From positions 1-57,301 of the forward strand of contig CAYVOB010000001.1 of the NCBI GenBank assembly GCA_964452945.1: a stretch of DNA of 57,301 nt. The letters are read 5' to 3'. The DNA comes from an uncultured Bdellovibrionales bacterium (GTDB lineage: Bacteria; Bdellovibrionota; JAFGOL01). Positions within the stretch are counted from its first letter, which is position 1; every line of letters starts with the position of its first letter. Under the pieces are notes generated by a model. It saw nothing but the letters and a program-made list of their open reading frames with translations, searched no databases and had not been told where the DNA came from. Of the stretch, positions 1 through 9,982 are shown piece after piece. The translations under genes were made by a program, and so were the position numbers.

Positions 1-2267
1 ATCTTGTCCATTTTTGTATCCACCAAGAGGTAATTATTGGAGCTGGTCTGAGCGACATACTCTATTGCTTTGGCAGGTGTATCAAACACTATCGCTATTG
101 GTTTTTGTCTGGTTTTTTCCTTTGGTTTACCCCTGAACAATGACCCATCAGAATAAACAAAGATCAGTTCACCGTCATTAACCGGCTTTGCAACACAAGA
201 GATAATGCCTTCCGCCACTTTATCCGGGGATTTGCCTCTTGGAGAAAGCTCCAGTTTACCTGGGTCGAGTTCAAGTATTGAACTATTGGCTTGTAGTATC
301 ATCCGAATACTGTCAGAATAATTAACAGATAATATCGTATCCTCTTTTCTAAGATTAAAGACGCTAACACCGTTAGCTTTTATACCTTTGAACTCGGACA
401 ATCTTATCCTCTTTGCATAACCTTTCTTTGTAAGGACCAGGACTTCCTTATCAACGACCTCATCGAACAAACCGACCACAGATATGTTTTCCTTAAGCTT
501 TAGTTGCTCTTTAATATCAACTCCCTTACCGTAGCGCCTCATTTCCGGTATGGAGAATACTTTTAAAGGATAGACTTTGGCATCTGCAGTAAAAACAAGG
601 ACCCTTTCGGCCATATCGGCCTTACAAATAAACTTAACAACGTCGTCACCTGTAAAAACGACATCAGATTCTCTCTCTCCCTGTTCTGCAGCAGGATTAT
701 ATCTCTTTATGAACCCACCTTTAGTGATGGCTACCATCACTTCCTGAGAAGGAATGAGGTCATCAAGTTTTTTATCTTCAAAATCAGAAACTATTTTTGT
801 TTTTCTTGCGTCTGGGAATTTAGCCCTTATCTCTGTAAACTCGTCCTTAAGGATCTTCTTTATCTTTTGGTCACTGTTTAGTATCGCCATTAGCTCGTCG
901 ACCAAGTCGCTTAGCTGTTTATGTTCTTCCATTATCTTTTCTATTTCCATTCCTGCAAATCTATAGTTAGGAAGAACTACCAGCGCTTCGCTTTGTAAAG
1001 GTGTAAGACCGAACTCTTTTTCAACCTTAGCCTTTAGGTCCGTCTTGTCCTTGGCCTTTGGCAGTATTTCCTTTAGGTACTTATCTTTGAGGCCAAGCAC
1101 CTTTTTATATCCATCTAGTATGTGTTTTTTCTCGTTTGCTTTGTTCAACTCAAAAGAGGTCCTTCTGCGCACAACTTCTTCCCTATAATGAACAAAAATA
1201 TTCAATATAGCTTTAATATCCACAGTTTGTGGTTTACCGTCGACCAAAGCCACCATATTAACAGCAAAATTAGAATCAAGGGGGGTGTTCTTATATAGTT
1301 TTTCTATGATAAAATCAACAGGAGCTCCCTTTGCAAGATCAAGAACTATCCTTACTCCGGCTTTAGCTGACTCATCACGGATATCAGTTATTCCATCAAG
1401 CTTCTTTGTTTTTATTAGTTCAACGATCTTTGTTATTATCCTGGTCTTGACGACAGAGTAAGGTATTTCCGATATAACTATCCTTTTCTTCTCCTTTTCC
1501 ACCTCAACATCGATCTGTGCACGTAGCCTTATCGTACCCCTTCCCGTTTTATAGGCATCCCTGATTGCGCCGTCGTTAATGATAGAGGCTCCCGTCGGAA
1601 AATCGGGACCCTTTATATATTTCATTATTTCTTCTATGCTAAGATCAGGATCTTTTAATAAAGCCATAAGTGCATCTATAACCTCTACAAGGTTATGTGG
1701 AGGTATATTGGTAGCCATTCCTACAGCTATACCCGAAGCTCCATTAACAAGAAGGTTAGGGAACCTGGCCGGAAGGACCAAGGGTTCTTTCTCGGTATTA
1801 TTATAGTTATCACCCTTATCAACGGTATCCTTGTCGATATCGGCCATTAAGTATGAGGACAATCTGTCCAAACGAGCCTCTGTATATCTATACGCTGCTG
1901 GAGAATCACCATCTATGGAACCGAAATTGCCCTGCCCTTCGATCAGCTGATAGCGCATCACCCATGGCTGCGCAAGTCTTACCAAGGCCTCGTAAACTGC
2001 CGTATCTCCATGAGGATGATATTTCTTTAGGACTTCTCCGACTATACCAGCACACTTTGTGAACTTTTTATCAGAGAGGAGCCCTTCATTAGCCATCGCA
2101 AAAAGGATTCTTCTTTGAACTGGTTTTAGACCGTCCCTTATGTCGGGAAGAGCTCGGCTTGTTATAACACTCATAGCATAGTCTATAAAAGACTCCTGCA
2201 TCTCATCAAGGTACGAAACGCCCTCGTCACTTCCTTTAACAAAAAAATCAGGTTGCTGTTCAGCCAT
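1..2267 (-). CDS. gyrA: DNA gyrase subunit A (type IIA topoisomerase A subunit), 3' end cut by window edge
   Basis: Absent from the ORF track because it runs off the window. The reverse complement from the ATG at 2265-2267 reads MAEQQPDFFVKGSDEGVSYLDEMQESFIDYAMSVITSRALPDIRDGLKPVQRRILFAM..HPHGDTAVYEALVRLAQPW..GQGNFGSIDGDSPAAYRYTEARL (active-site Tyr motif). The frame stays open to position 3. It lies directly downstream of gyrB. Confidence 0.85.
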   Translation of the reverse strand, partial: MAEQQPDFFVKGSDEGVSYLDEMQESFIDYAMSVITSRALPDIRDGLKPVQRRILFAMANEGLLSDKKFTKCAGIVGEVLKKYHPHGDTAVYEALVRLAQPWVMRYQLIEGQGNFGSIDGDSPAAYRYTEARLDRLSSYLMADIDKDTVDKGDNYNNTEKEPLVLPARFPNLLVNGASGIAVGMATNIPPHNLVEVIDALMALLKDPDLSIEEIMKYIKGPDFPTGASIINDGAIRDAYKTGRGTIRLRAQIDVEVEKEKKRIVISEIPYSVVKTRIITKIVELIKTKKLDGITDIRDESAKAGVRIVLDLAKGAPVDFIIEKLYKNTPLDSNFAVNMVALVDGKPQTVDIKAILNIFVHYREEVVRRRTSFELNKANEKKHILDGYKKVLGLKDKYLKEILPKAKDKTDLKAKVEKEFGLTPLQSEALVVLPNYRFAGMEIEKIMEEHKQLSDLVDELMAILNSDQKIKKILKDEFTEIRAKFPDARKTKIVSDFEDKKLDDLIPSQEVMVAITKGGFIKRYNPAAEQGERESDVVFTGDDVVKFICKADMAERVLVFTADAKVYPLKVFSIPEMRRYGKGVDIKEQLKLKENISVVGLFDEVVDKEVLVLTKKGYAKRIRLSEFKGIKANGVSVFNLRKEDTILSVNYSDSIRMILQANSSILELDPGKLELSPRGKSPDKVAEGIISCVAKPVNDGELIFVYSDGSLFRGKPKEKTRQKPIAIVFDTPAKAIEYVAQTSSNNYLLVDTKMDK

Positions 2268-2282
2268 TAAACCTTTACTCTC

Positions 2283-4715
2283 CTATATATCCAAGTTCCT
2301 TACGTTAAGTGCGTTAATATCTATAAAATGTTTCCTTGCAGAAACTCCTTCACCCATCAATATCGAGGTAAGATCATCAGCTGCTTCTTCATCATCAAGA
2401 TCCACTTTAAGAACATTCCTTGTCTTTGGGTCCATGGTTGTTTCCCAAAGCTGGTCTGGATTCATTTCTCCAAGCCCCTTGTATCTTTGTATATCTATTT
2501 TTGTTTTGGCCTGTTCAATAAGCTTTAGTAAAAGATCAAAAATATCTACGGCGGTAACAGCCTTACCTTTATCCATCAATTCTATATAATATGGAGGATT
2601 GCCAAGCATTCTTAATTTTTTTGAGAGCCTGTCCATTTCTGAAAACTCTGGAGACTTCATGAACTCGTTATCAAAAGTTGTTTTCAATCGACGTCCACGT
2701 CTTTCTGACAGAAAAGAGAAGAATGCAGAACCATCGTCATCGTTCATGTCGAATTCAAGGCTAAGTGGATTTATCGACGGATAAAGTCTTGAGATTATCG
2801 GTATATATGACTGCAGTTCCTTTTTTAAAAGAACCTGATTTTTTTCTTCCCACAAACTTTCCTTTCTAATGAACGTAGACCTTAATATATGGTCTACAAT
2901 AAGCTTTTCTGAACTCTTTTCTACGAACCTATATGCATTCTGATATTCTATCAGTGCAGAAACCAGTGCAGAAAGCTCCTTACCCTTGAAGGTCTTGCCT
3001 TCTGGTATTGCTACAACACAGTCCTTCTCTATTATCTTAAGCAGGAATGCATAAAGTTCCGCATCGTTCTTTATATATTCATGCTTTTTACCATAACTTA
3101 TCCTATAAAGGGGAGGCTGTGCTATAAAGATATGACCCTTCTTTACAAGCTCAGGCATAGATCTGTAGAAAAAGGTCAACAAAAGTGTCCTTATATGTGA
3201 ACCATCGCTATCGGCATCGGTCATAATGATGACCTTTCCGTATCTCAGCTTTGAAAGTTCAAAACTGGTGTCTATACCACAACCCAGAACCTGTATTAGT
3301 ACCTTTATTTCCTCATTCTTTAATATCTCATCTATATTTTTCTTCTCTACATTAAGGATCTTACCTTTTAAGGGAAGTACTGCTTGTATCTTCCTATCCC
3401 TGGCTTGTTTTGCAGAACCACCTGCAGAATCACCTTCCACTATGAACACCTCTGCCTTTGAAGGATCCTTCACTTCGCAATCAGCCACCTTCCCCGGTAT
3501 AGCGGTTAACTTATCAAGCAACCCCTTTCTTCTTACAAGGGTCCTCGCCCTCCTTGCAGCTTCCGAAGCCTTAAAAGCGATCATTGCCCTTTCACATATC
3601 TCTTTCGCAATAGATGGATTGTTTTCCAGGAACTCTGTCATCTTGTCTGAAACGAATTTATGCACAGCATTTCTTATCCATACATTGGTCAATTTTGTTT
3701 TTGTTTGACTCTCGAACTCAGGTCTTTTGACGCGAATACAGAGCATAGAGGTAAGTCCTTCCCTAATATAGTCGCTGTCAAGCCTTTGGGCTTTAAATTT
3801 CTTCTCATTATGATCATTTACCGCTTTAGAGAACCCACTTTTGAATCCAGCCTCGTGAGTACCACCTTCTGGATTGTGTATTGAGTTCGTATAAACCCTG
3901 GACTTCTCATATGTTGTGTCGTTGTATTGCCAACCAAGTTCTATAACAAGTTTTTCCTTATCATTGTCTTCTGGTACGACCTCTCCGGAGAACACCACTG
4001 CTTCTTTGGGCACTACAGCCCTGCCTTCGTTCATCTCTTCTATAAGGTCCTTTAGGCCCAAAGGAAAATAATAGAGATCTTCCTCTGCACCTTCTTCCTT
4101 GAACACTATCGACAAGCCTTTATTTATATGAGCCAGTTCCCTTAATTTTGTCGATAGTATTGCCGATTTGAATTTGGTCTTTCCAAAGAACCTTTCATCT
4201 GGTTTTAAAGTTATACTGGTACCTTGTTTATCCGTTTTCCCCAGTACCTTTAGAGTCTGGACAGGTTTACCCTTCTCATATCTCTGCCAATATTTTTTAC
4301 CGTTCCTTTTTACCTCTACTTCCAGATATTCACTCAATGCGTTAACCAGTGAAAGCCCTACGCCGTGAAGTCCTCCAGAGTAGTCATAAGCACCTTTCTT
4401 CATCTTGCCGCCGGCATCCATGGTCGTCAAGACGACCTCTAAAGCCGTTTTCTTTTCTGTAGGGTGCATTTCCGTTGGGATGCCTCTACCGTTATCGCTG
4501 ACCACGACAACGTTGTTAGCATGGAGTATCACATCTATCCTACTGCAATAACCGTTCATTGCTTCGTCGATGCTGTTCGCGACAAGTTCGTCAACAAGAT
4601 GATGAAGCCCTCTTGTAGAAACGTCACCTATGAACCTTGCCGGGTTCTGCCATACTGCTTCGAGTCCCTTTAGGACCACTATGTCTTCTGCTTTTTGCTC
4701 TCTAATATTTGCCAT
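2283..4715 (-). CDS. gyrB: DNA gyrase subunit B
   Basis: 810-aa ORF. It has GHKL ATPase motifs (VDELVANSIDEA, DNGRGIP, GGLHGVG), Toprim motifs (EVFIVEGDSAGGSAKQARDR, IIMTDADSDGSHI) and the C-terminal QRYKGLGEMNPDQLWETTMDP. It carries the long Toprim insertion typical of Gram-negative GyrB rather than ParE. Confidence 0.85.
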   Translation of the reverse strand: MANIREQKAEDIVVLKGLEAVWQNPARFIGDVSTRGLHHLVDELVANSIDEAMNGYCSRIDVILHANNVVVVSDNGRGIPTEMHPTEKKTALEVVLTTMDAGGKMKKGAYDYSGGLHGVGLSLVNALSEYLEVEVKRNGKKYWQRYEKGKPVQTLKVLGKTDKQGTSITLKPDERFFGKTKFKSAILSTKLRELAHINKGLSIVFKEEGAEEDLYYFPLGLKDLIEEMNEGRAVVPKEAVVFSGEVVPEDNDKEKLVIELGWQYNDTTYEKSRVYTNSIHNPEGGTHEAGFKSGFSKAVNDHNEKKFKAQRLDSDYIREGLTSMLCIRVKRPEFESQTKTKLTNVWIRNAVHKFVSDKMTEFLENNPSIAKEICERAMIAFKASEAARRARTLVRRKGLLDKLTAIPGKVADCEVKDPSKAEVFIVEGDSAGGSAKQARDRKIQAVLPLKGKILNVEKKNIDEILKNEEIKVLIQVLGCGIDTSFELSKLRYGKVIIMTDADSDGSHIRTLLLTFFYRSMPELVKKGHIFIAQPPLYRISYGKKHEYIKNDAELYAFLLKIIEKDCVVAIPEGKTFKGKELSALVSALIEYQNAYRFVEKSSEKLIVDHILRSTFIRKESLWEEKNQVLLKKELQSYIPIISRLYPSINPLSLEFDMNDDDGSAFFSFLSERRGRRLKTTFDNEFMKSPEFSEMDRLSKKLRMLGNPPYYIELMDKGKAVTAVDIFDLLLKLIEQAKTKIDIQRYKGLGEMNPDQLWETTMDPKTRNVLKVDLDDEEAADDLTSILMGEGVSARKHFIDINALNVRNLDI

Positions 4716-4716
4716 A

Positions 4717-5439
4717 TTATAATTTCACGCTCAAACCGATTTGTCCGCCATTGACCAGCCTGGAAAAAACATGCCTTACATCCATTGATAGCTTAATGGA
4801 TATGGTCGGATACACATAGTATTCAACACCCAAGAGTCCTTCAACTATCATGTATCCTTTTATCCAGCTGAGGTAGTTTACAATAAACATAGAAAATCTT
4901 CGAGTAAAAGTTATATCGTAGTTGAAAAAGCTCAGTTGGAAGCCTCCTCCAGAGTGTTCATCCGTAGTTATATACCTATAGCCGACCAGGAATTTAGGTT
5001 GAAAGTGCCTTCTTGGCATAAGACGAAAAACAAAATGTATTGACCAAAAACTCTGATCAAATTCCCCGTTATTGTACGTATCGTAAGACAGACCAGCTCC
5101 GGCCCATTGTTTGTGGAGCTCAATAGCTCCCTTATATCCGCTATAGTGCTGAGAGGCCTTCATTAGACCAAAGTCAATTTCACCGGCAACCCTTTCATAG
5201 CGCCTTAATTGGCTCATTAAAGGTCTGTCATCCATGGGATACTGGAACCAAGGGAATATAGGAGCAAAGACTACAGATTTACCTATCAAACATGGAGTCG
5301 AATCATTGCATACAGAAAGTAGTCGTGTGAACCCGTCCTCAGTGCTTGGCGAAGACTGGGCACAAAGCGCTGTTGACGAAGCAAGAATAAGCACACGGAG
5401 TAAAGTTCTCATAAAATAGAATTTTATCTTAAAAATCAT
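4717..5439 (-). CDS. hypothetical secreted protein, possibly an outer-membrane beta-barrel
   Basis: Signal-peptide-like N-terminus (MRTLLRVLILASSTALCAQ; the more likely start is the ATG at 5412). The C-terminal half has alternating hydrophobic/aromatic residues. I recognised no family motif. Confidence 0.45.
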   Translation of the reverse strand: MIFKIKFYFMRTLLRVLILASSTALCAQSSPSTEDGFTRLLSVCNDSTPCLIGKSVVFAPIFPWFQYPMDDRPLMSQLRRYERVAGEIDFGLMKASQHYSGYKGAIELHKQWAGAGLSYDTYNNGEFDQSFWSIHFVFRLMPRRHFQPKFLVGYRYITTDEHSGGGFQLSFFNYDITFTRRFSMFIVNYLSWIKGYMIVEGLLGVEYYVYPTISIKLSMDVRHVFSRLVNGGQIGLSVKL

Positions 5440-5467
5440 CTTTAACTAAGATAAAATACCAGCTGTA

Positions 5468-6904
5468 ATGATTACGTCAACACACATAGCGCGCAAAGCC
5501 ATAAATACCAAGATCATAGCCACTCTAGGTCCTGTTACACAAAACGAAAGAGCAATAACTGCACTCAGCAATGCTGGTGTTACCGTTTTCAGACTAAATT
5601 TTTCTCATGGTAAGCATGCTGATTTTAAAAAATGTATACGTACCATCAGGAAAGTCGAGAAAAGAGTAAATAGGTTCCTGCCTATAATGCAGGACCTCCA
5701 GGGACCAAAAATACGTCTTAATCGATTTAGGGATAACAGGACTGTTGCTAATGGCGAGTTATTTACTTTGTCTGTTTGTAGAAAACCGGATGAGCATCCA
5801 GAAAAGATCTGTATCTGTTATCCCAAAATATTGAAGGATATTAAGACCGGCAACAGGATATTCATAAACGACGGTAGAGTAGAGCTAAAGGTGATAAAAA
5901 TAAAAAAAGGACAGATCCATGTACTTACCATTAAGGGTGGCTTAATAGAGCCAAGAAAAGGAGTTAACCTTCCAGACACATCCATATCTTTACCATCGCT
6001 GACCAAACAAGACCTGGAAGATCTTAAATTCGGAGTACAGAACAAGGTCGACTATGTAGCTATGTCATTCGTACGCTCTGCAAATGATGTAAAGGACCTG
6101 AAACAACGTCTTAAGAAAATGGGAAGCGATGCCGGGGTCATAGCCAAGATCGAAAAGCCTCAAGCCTTAGAAGACATAGAGGAAATAGTAAAAGCCAGCG
6201 ATGTTATACTAGTAGCAAGAGGGGATCTTGGGGTAGAGATCCTACTTGAAAAAGTGCCTGCCGTACAAAAAAAGATATTGGAGTTAGGCTTTAAATATAG
6301 GACCCCGATCATAATCGCCACACAGATGTTAGAGAGTATGATAAAAGACCCTCGTCCTACTAGGGCAGAAGCAACAGATGTGTTCCAGGCAGTATCAGAT
6401 GGAGCCGATGCTGTTATGCTTTCAGGGGAAACTGCCGTGGGTAACTACCCTGTAGAAACAGTTGAAGTAATGGGAAGAATAATAGCTGAAGGTGAAAGAA
6501 CGTTAAAAAGACCAAATATTTTTTTAAAAATAACAGAGGACACCGACGAAGCAATTGCGGAAACAAGTGCAGAGATTACAGACAAGATAAATGCAAAGTT
6601 CATTTGTTGTTTCACATCCAGCGGCTGGACGGCAAAACTCATATCTAAGAATTGCTACAGACATCCGGTCATAGCTTTTACAGAAAACGAGATAACAGCA
6701 AGACGCATCGCTCTATATAAAGGGGTACGCCCGGTTAACATCAAAAAAAGGCTTAAAAGCCTGGATGAGATGTTCCTAACCGCAGGTAATGCATTAAAAA
6801 AACTGGGACTTGCAAAAAAAGGCGAGAAATTCGTGATAGTTGCAGGATCCCCAATAGGCATTAGCGGAAAAACAAATTTCTTGAAAATCAACACTATTTT
6901 ATAG
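5468..6904 (+). CDS. pyk: pyruvate kinase
   Basis: 478 aa. Motifs TKIIATLGP, FRLNFSHG, ARGDLGVEI and MLSGETA are present, plus a C-terminal regulatory domain. Confidence 0.9.
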   Translation: MITSTHIARKAINTKIIATLGPVTQNERAITALSNAGVTVFRLNFSHGKHADFKKCIRTIRKVEKRVNRFLPIMQDLQGPKIRLNRFRDNRTVANGELFTLSVCRKPDEHPEKICICYPKILKDIKTGNRIFINDGRVELKVIKIKKGQIHVLTIKGGLIEPRKGVNLPDTSISLPSLTKQDLEDLKFGVQNKVDYVAMSFVRSANDVKDLKQRLKKMGSDAGVIAKIEKPQALEDIEEIVKASDVILVARGDLGVEILLEKVPAVQKKILELGFKYRTPIIIATQMLESMIKDPRPTRAEATDVFQAVSDGADAVMLSGETAVGNYPVETVEVMGRIIAEGERTLKRPNIFLKITEDTDEAIAETSAEITDKINAKFICCFTSSGWTAKLISKNCYRHPVIAFTENEITARRIALYKGVRPVNIKKRLKSLDEMFLTAGNALKKLGLAKKGEKFVIVAGSPIGISGKTNFLKINTIL

Positions 6905-6920
6905 TATATACAACAGCACT

Positions 6921-7706
6921 ATGTTTACATTTTTACTATTATTCGCATTTAGCTCTATTAATCTATCCGCTGCCAACATCCGGGATGGAAAATACTCCGA
7001 CAGGACATACGGCATAGAGATACTGGTAGAGAACGGTGAAGCTACGACGGCAAAAGTGGATGAACTGACCATCCCGCTTATCAAGAACGGTGATGAATTT
7101 TGCGGAGACACAACTGACAATGGTTTGAAATACTCCTTTGTCGTAAGCAAAAAAACAAGAGGGAGCCTCTATACAACTGTAATAACTGAGCGAACCATCA
7201 AAAAGACTTCCGAGAACCAAAAATATATATTCAGTGGCACGGGCTTTGAGTTCATAGTAACAGATGGTTTTATCAAAAATGCGAAGACCGGCATTAATAA
7301 AAATGCTTTTTCAGAAATTGAAATGGACGAACATGGTTCCATCGTAATGTATAACCTGACAAGCCCTAATAATTACTCCGTTCACGTTGAGAACTGCGAA
7401 GTAATCAACTTTTTCTGCAATGAATGTAAGTATTATGTAGTAGGCAGCAAGAACAACATAGTACAGGTATACGACACAGATTCTGGATTGGCTTTAATGA
7501 ACTTTGGAGAAAAGAAAATAGAGCTCTTTAAGGTCTTCAGTGGGAAACAGGTCATAAGCACCGATGATGGCAAGAGCATCGCCATAAATACATATTTTTA
7601 TGAAAACCAGAAAAAGCTATTTGAACACAGTACACTTTTTTCTGTTGATCAGGATAACGTAAAGTTTAAAACAGAATCAAAATTTATTCTCACAAAACTT
7701 TTCTAA
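6921..7706 (+). CDS. hypothetical secreted protein
   Basis: 261-aa ORF with an N-terminal signal peptide (MFTFLLLFAFSSINLSAAN). No recognisable motif. Its 3' end overlaps the convergent acd-like gene by 30 nt. Confidence 0.5.
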   Translation: MFTFLLLFAFSSINLSAANIRDGKYSDRTYGIEILVENGEATTAKVDELTIPLIKNGDEFCGDTTDNGLKYSFVVSKKTRGSLYTTVITERTIKKTSENQKYIFSGTGFEFIVTDGFIKNAKTGINKNAFSEIEMDEHGSIVMYNLTSPNNYSVHVENCEVINFFCNECKYYVVGSKNNIVQVYDTDSGLALMNFGEKKIELFKVFSGKQVISTDDGKSIAINTYFYENQKKLFEHSTLFSVDQDNVKFKTESKFILTKLF

Positions 7707-9869
7707 AGCCTTAATAGCCCTGTCTGATTCTCTGAATACAGGGATGCCCTTTAACAATTTACATGCCGGATCATAAAGTTCACCACTGTCAACAACGACC
7801 ATAAATGGCTTTTTTGTATGTGCATAGAGCTCCTTCATCATATTGAACATAGAATCGGGACCTAACTCCTCTGCTAATGTTTTGATGGCTGGAGACATCG
7901 GGATACAGGAAAAAACACCAAGATCAATATTGCTATCTTCCAACATCAATCTAAAACACTCAATGTTTGCCTTGTCGCCCGCAGAAGGTGTTACGTCCAT
8001 GGGGTTGCCAGCGCTTACCAGCGTATCAAGCTTTCCTTCTTTGAGAGCCTCGGTCATTGACTTTATAGTGGAAGGACTCAAGTTCCCAAGCCTTATGTTA
8101 GAAAGATTATCCGCCATACCTACAGCCTCAAAGCCTGCGTTACTCAATAAAGCGGCATTTTTACCTTTCAGTTTGAATCTGTCCCAGAGCACACAAAGTT
8201 TTAATAGATCTTCGAACTCAGTAAAGCTCTCGACTATCATTGCTCCGGCATCATGCATTACTGACTTGTAGACAGAATAGTCTCCCGCAATAGATGCTGT
8301 GTGACCACTTGCTGCAGATTTTCCGGCACTGGAGCGTCCACCCTTATATACGATCACCTTTTTGCCTTTGTTCACTAGAGCTTTTACAGCTACCGCTGTT
8401 CTTATGCCATCGAGTTCCTTGAAGCCCTCGACGTATAAAGCAACAGTGTTTATGTCCTTACTCTCACTGAAGTATGCTAAATAATCGCTTGCTGTCAGGT
8501 CCATCTGGTTCCCTATGGACGCTGCATATTTTGGGGTAAGGTCTGTCTTGCTCACCTTGGATATTATAAATGCCCCTGATTGGGATATAAAGGCGTAGGG
8601 CAATGGTTCGGAATACGGCAGTTTCTTGCTCGGTATAAAGAAAGTATCATATTTCCCAGGATAGGAAATAACCCCGAGGCAATTACCTCCGACTATGACA
8701 GGCCCCTTGCCTTTAGAGTTTCTGCTCTTTCTGATAAGCTCGACTATTTCAGCTTCATGTTTTTCTCCACCTTCTTTTTCTGCAAAACCACCAGGTATGA
8801 CTATTATGCTTTCAAATTTATCCTCTTCAACAGCCTCTTTTATAACTTGAGCAGAAGCCTGAGCACTCACCGCAAGCACCAATAGGTCCATCTTTTTTGG
8901 AAGATCCTTTATAGCTGCATAACAAGTTACTCCATCGATCTCTTTTGTATCAGGCTTTATAACGGACATATTAGCCCTGGAAAAACCTTTGCTTATGATG
9001 TTGTTAAGTATGATCCTTCCCATATTCATACTTTTTTCAGAAACGCCTATCACCGCTATTGAAGATGGATGGAATAGTTTTTCTATCTTTTCAGCAGGTC
9101 TTTCTATACTCGTGGATGCAGCTATTTTCTCAATTTTCATCAATCCATCTATGGCGACCAAACCCTTTCTATCACCTTCTGCAATAACAATAGGGTTTAT
9201 CTCACACTCTGTAATGACCACAGTACCAGACCGATAGGAGAACGCTTTCCCAAGTTCGTTCAGCCTGTTTAAGACATTGACAATTTCATCATCGCTAAGC
9301 AGCCTCTTTTTTGTCCTGTCCATGCCACTTGCCTTGTAGTAAGCAGCATTCATCTTTATCTTGTCTAACGTGGAGTTAACTATATCTGACGAAATAACAC
9401 TAAAAGAGTTACACATGTTCTTACCAAAGAATTCAGTATCCAATCCGCCGACACCAAACCCTGTAACAGTACCAAAATCCCTGCTGTTCCTTACAGAGAC
9501 TATCAGCTCTCTTCCAAAGGCAGGTTTATATGAGACCATCTCTACAACAAGACATCCATTAACATTATACGATGATGTGTTCTTTGTTATAGTATCTATG
9601 GCGTGATTTATGTCATCTGTACTGTTGTTGCAGAATATCACTCCTCCAAGTTCGGTCTTGTGGAGTATCTCCGGTGAAACAACCTTAACAACAACCCTTT
9701 CTCCCCTTATCTTTGTTTCCTTACTGTTGAACCTTGAACCTTTCTTAACAAAAATGTAATCGGGTGTATTTATGCCAAGTATATTGAAAATATCATAGAC
9801 CTCATGCTCCAAAAGTACGGTCCTTTTTTCATCAATCACCCTCGATATGATAGTTTCAACATTTTTCAT
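7677..9869 (-). CDS. acetate--CoA ligase (ADP-forming) / NDP-forming acyl-CoA synthetase, ATP-grasp domain first
   Basis: ATP-grasp N-terminal part (EHEVYDIFNILGINTP), CoA-binding Rossmann part (PSSIAVIGVSEKSMNMGRII) and phosphohistidine loop (SGHTASIAGD). I moved the start to the ATG at 9867-9869 (MKNVETII), which is preceded by GGAGA. The track's longer ORF to 10004 would cover a promoter and a terminator hairpin. Confidence 0.8.
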   Translation of the reverse strand: MKNVETIISRVIDEKRTVLLEHEVYDIFNILGINTPDYIFVKKGSRFNSKETKIRGERVVVKVVSPEILHKTELGGVIFCNNSTDDINHAIDTITKNTSSYNVNGCLVVEMVSYKPAFGRELIVSVRNSRDFGTVTGFGVGGLDTEFFGKNMCNSFSVISSDIVNSTLDKIKMNAAYYKASGMDRTKKRLLSDDEIVNVLNRLNELGKAFSYRSGTVVITECEINPIVIAEGDRKGLVAIDGLMKIEKIAASTSIERPAEKIEKLFHPSSIAVIGVSEKSMNMGRIILNNIISKGFSRANMSVIKPDTKEIDGVTCYAAIKDLPKKMDLLVLAVSAQASAQVIKEAVEEDKFESIIVIPGGFAEKEGGEKHEAEIVELIRKSRNSKGKGPVIVGGNCLGVISYPGKYDTFFIPSKKLPYSEPLPYAFISQSGAFIISKVSKTDLTPKYAASIGNQMDLTASDYLAYFSESKDINTVALYVEGFKELDGIRTAVAVKALVNKGKKVIVYKGGRSSAGKSAASGHTASIAGDYSVYKSVMHDAGAMIVESFTEFEDLLKLCVLWDRFKLKGKNAALLSNAGFEAVGMADNLSNIRLGNLSPSTIKSMTEALKEGKLDTLVSAGNPMDVTPSAGDKANIECFRLMLEDSNIDLGVFSCIPMSPAIKTLAEELGPDSMFNMMKELYAHTKKPFMVVVDSGELYDPACKLLKGIPVFRESDRAIKALEKFCENKF

Positions 9870-9892
9870 GCTGTTTCTCCTATAAAATGAAT

Positions 9893-9924
9893 AAAAAAAG
9901 ACCCGAGCGTTCCTTCGCTCGGGT
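9893..9924 (-). terminator. rho-independent terminator-like hairpin inside the 5' leader of the acyl-CoA synthetase gene
   Basis: The minus strand reads ACCCGAGCG-AAGGAA-CGCTCGGGT followed by C and seven T. This is a perfect 9-bp GC-rich stem about 13 nt upstream of the GGAGA ribosome-binding site. No minus-strand gene lies upstream that it could terminate. Confidence 0.55.
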
Positions 9925-9982
9925 TTATCATAAAAACTAAAAAAGTTATAACGTCCTATTATAACCCCATAACCCCATAAGG

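Noticed and set aside
3226-3708. Many plus-strand ORFs of 60-184 aa lie inside minus-strand genes, and the reverse also occurs. Examples: 3226-3708, 15767-16321, 24536-25030, 25722-26141, 44964-45338, 46712-47215, 47794-48174 and 49697-50188.
   Set aside because: They lie antisense to ORFs with unmistakable family motifs. They have low-complexity S/L/F/I-rich composition typical of shadow frames in AT-rich DNA, and they lack ribosome-binding sites.
1-4715. The topoisomerase pair interpreted as ParE/ParC (topoisomerase IV).
   Set aside because: The B subunit has the long GyrB-type insertion, and the A subunit has the GyrA-like GQGNFGSIDGDS loop, so gyrase is kept as the call. The missing GyrA-box leaves some doubt, which is reported as a finding.
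7235-7249. A second sigma-54-like motif, TGGCAC-GGGCT-TTGA.
   Set aside because: The -12 element is imperfect (TTGA rather than TTGC). It lies in the middle of a coding region with no downstream gene start, so it is probably a chance match.
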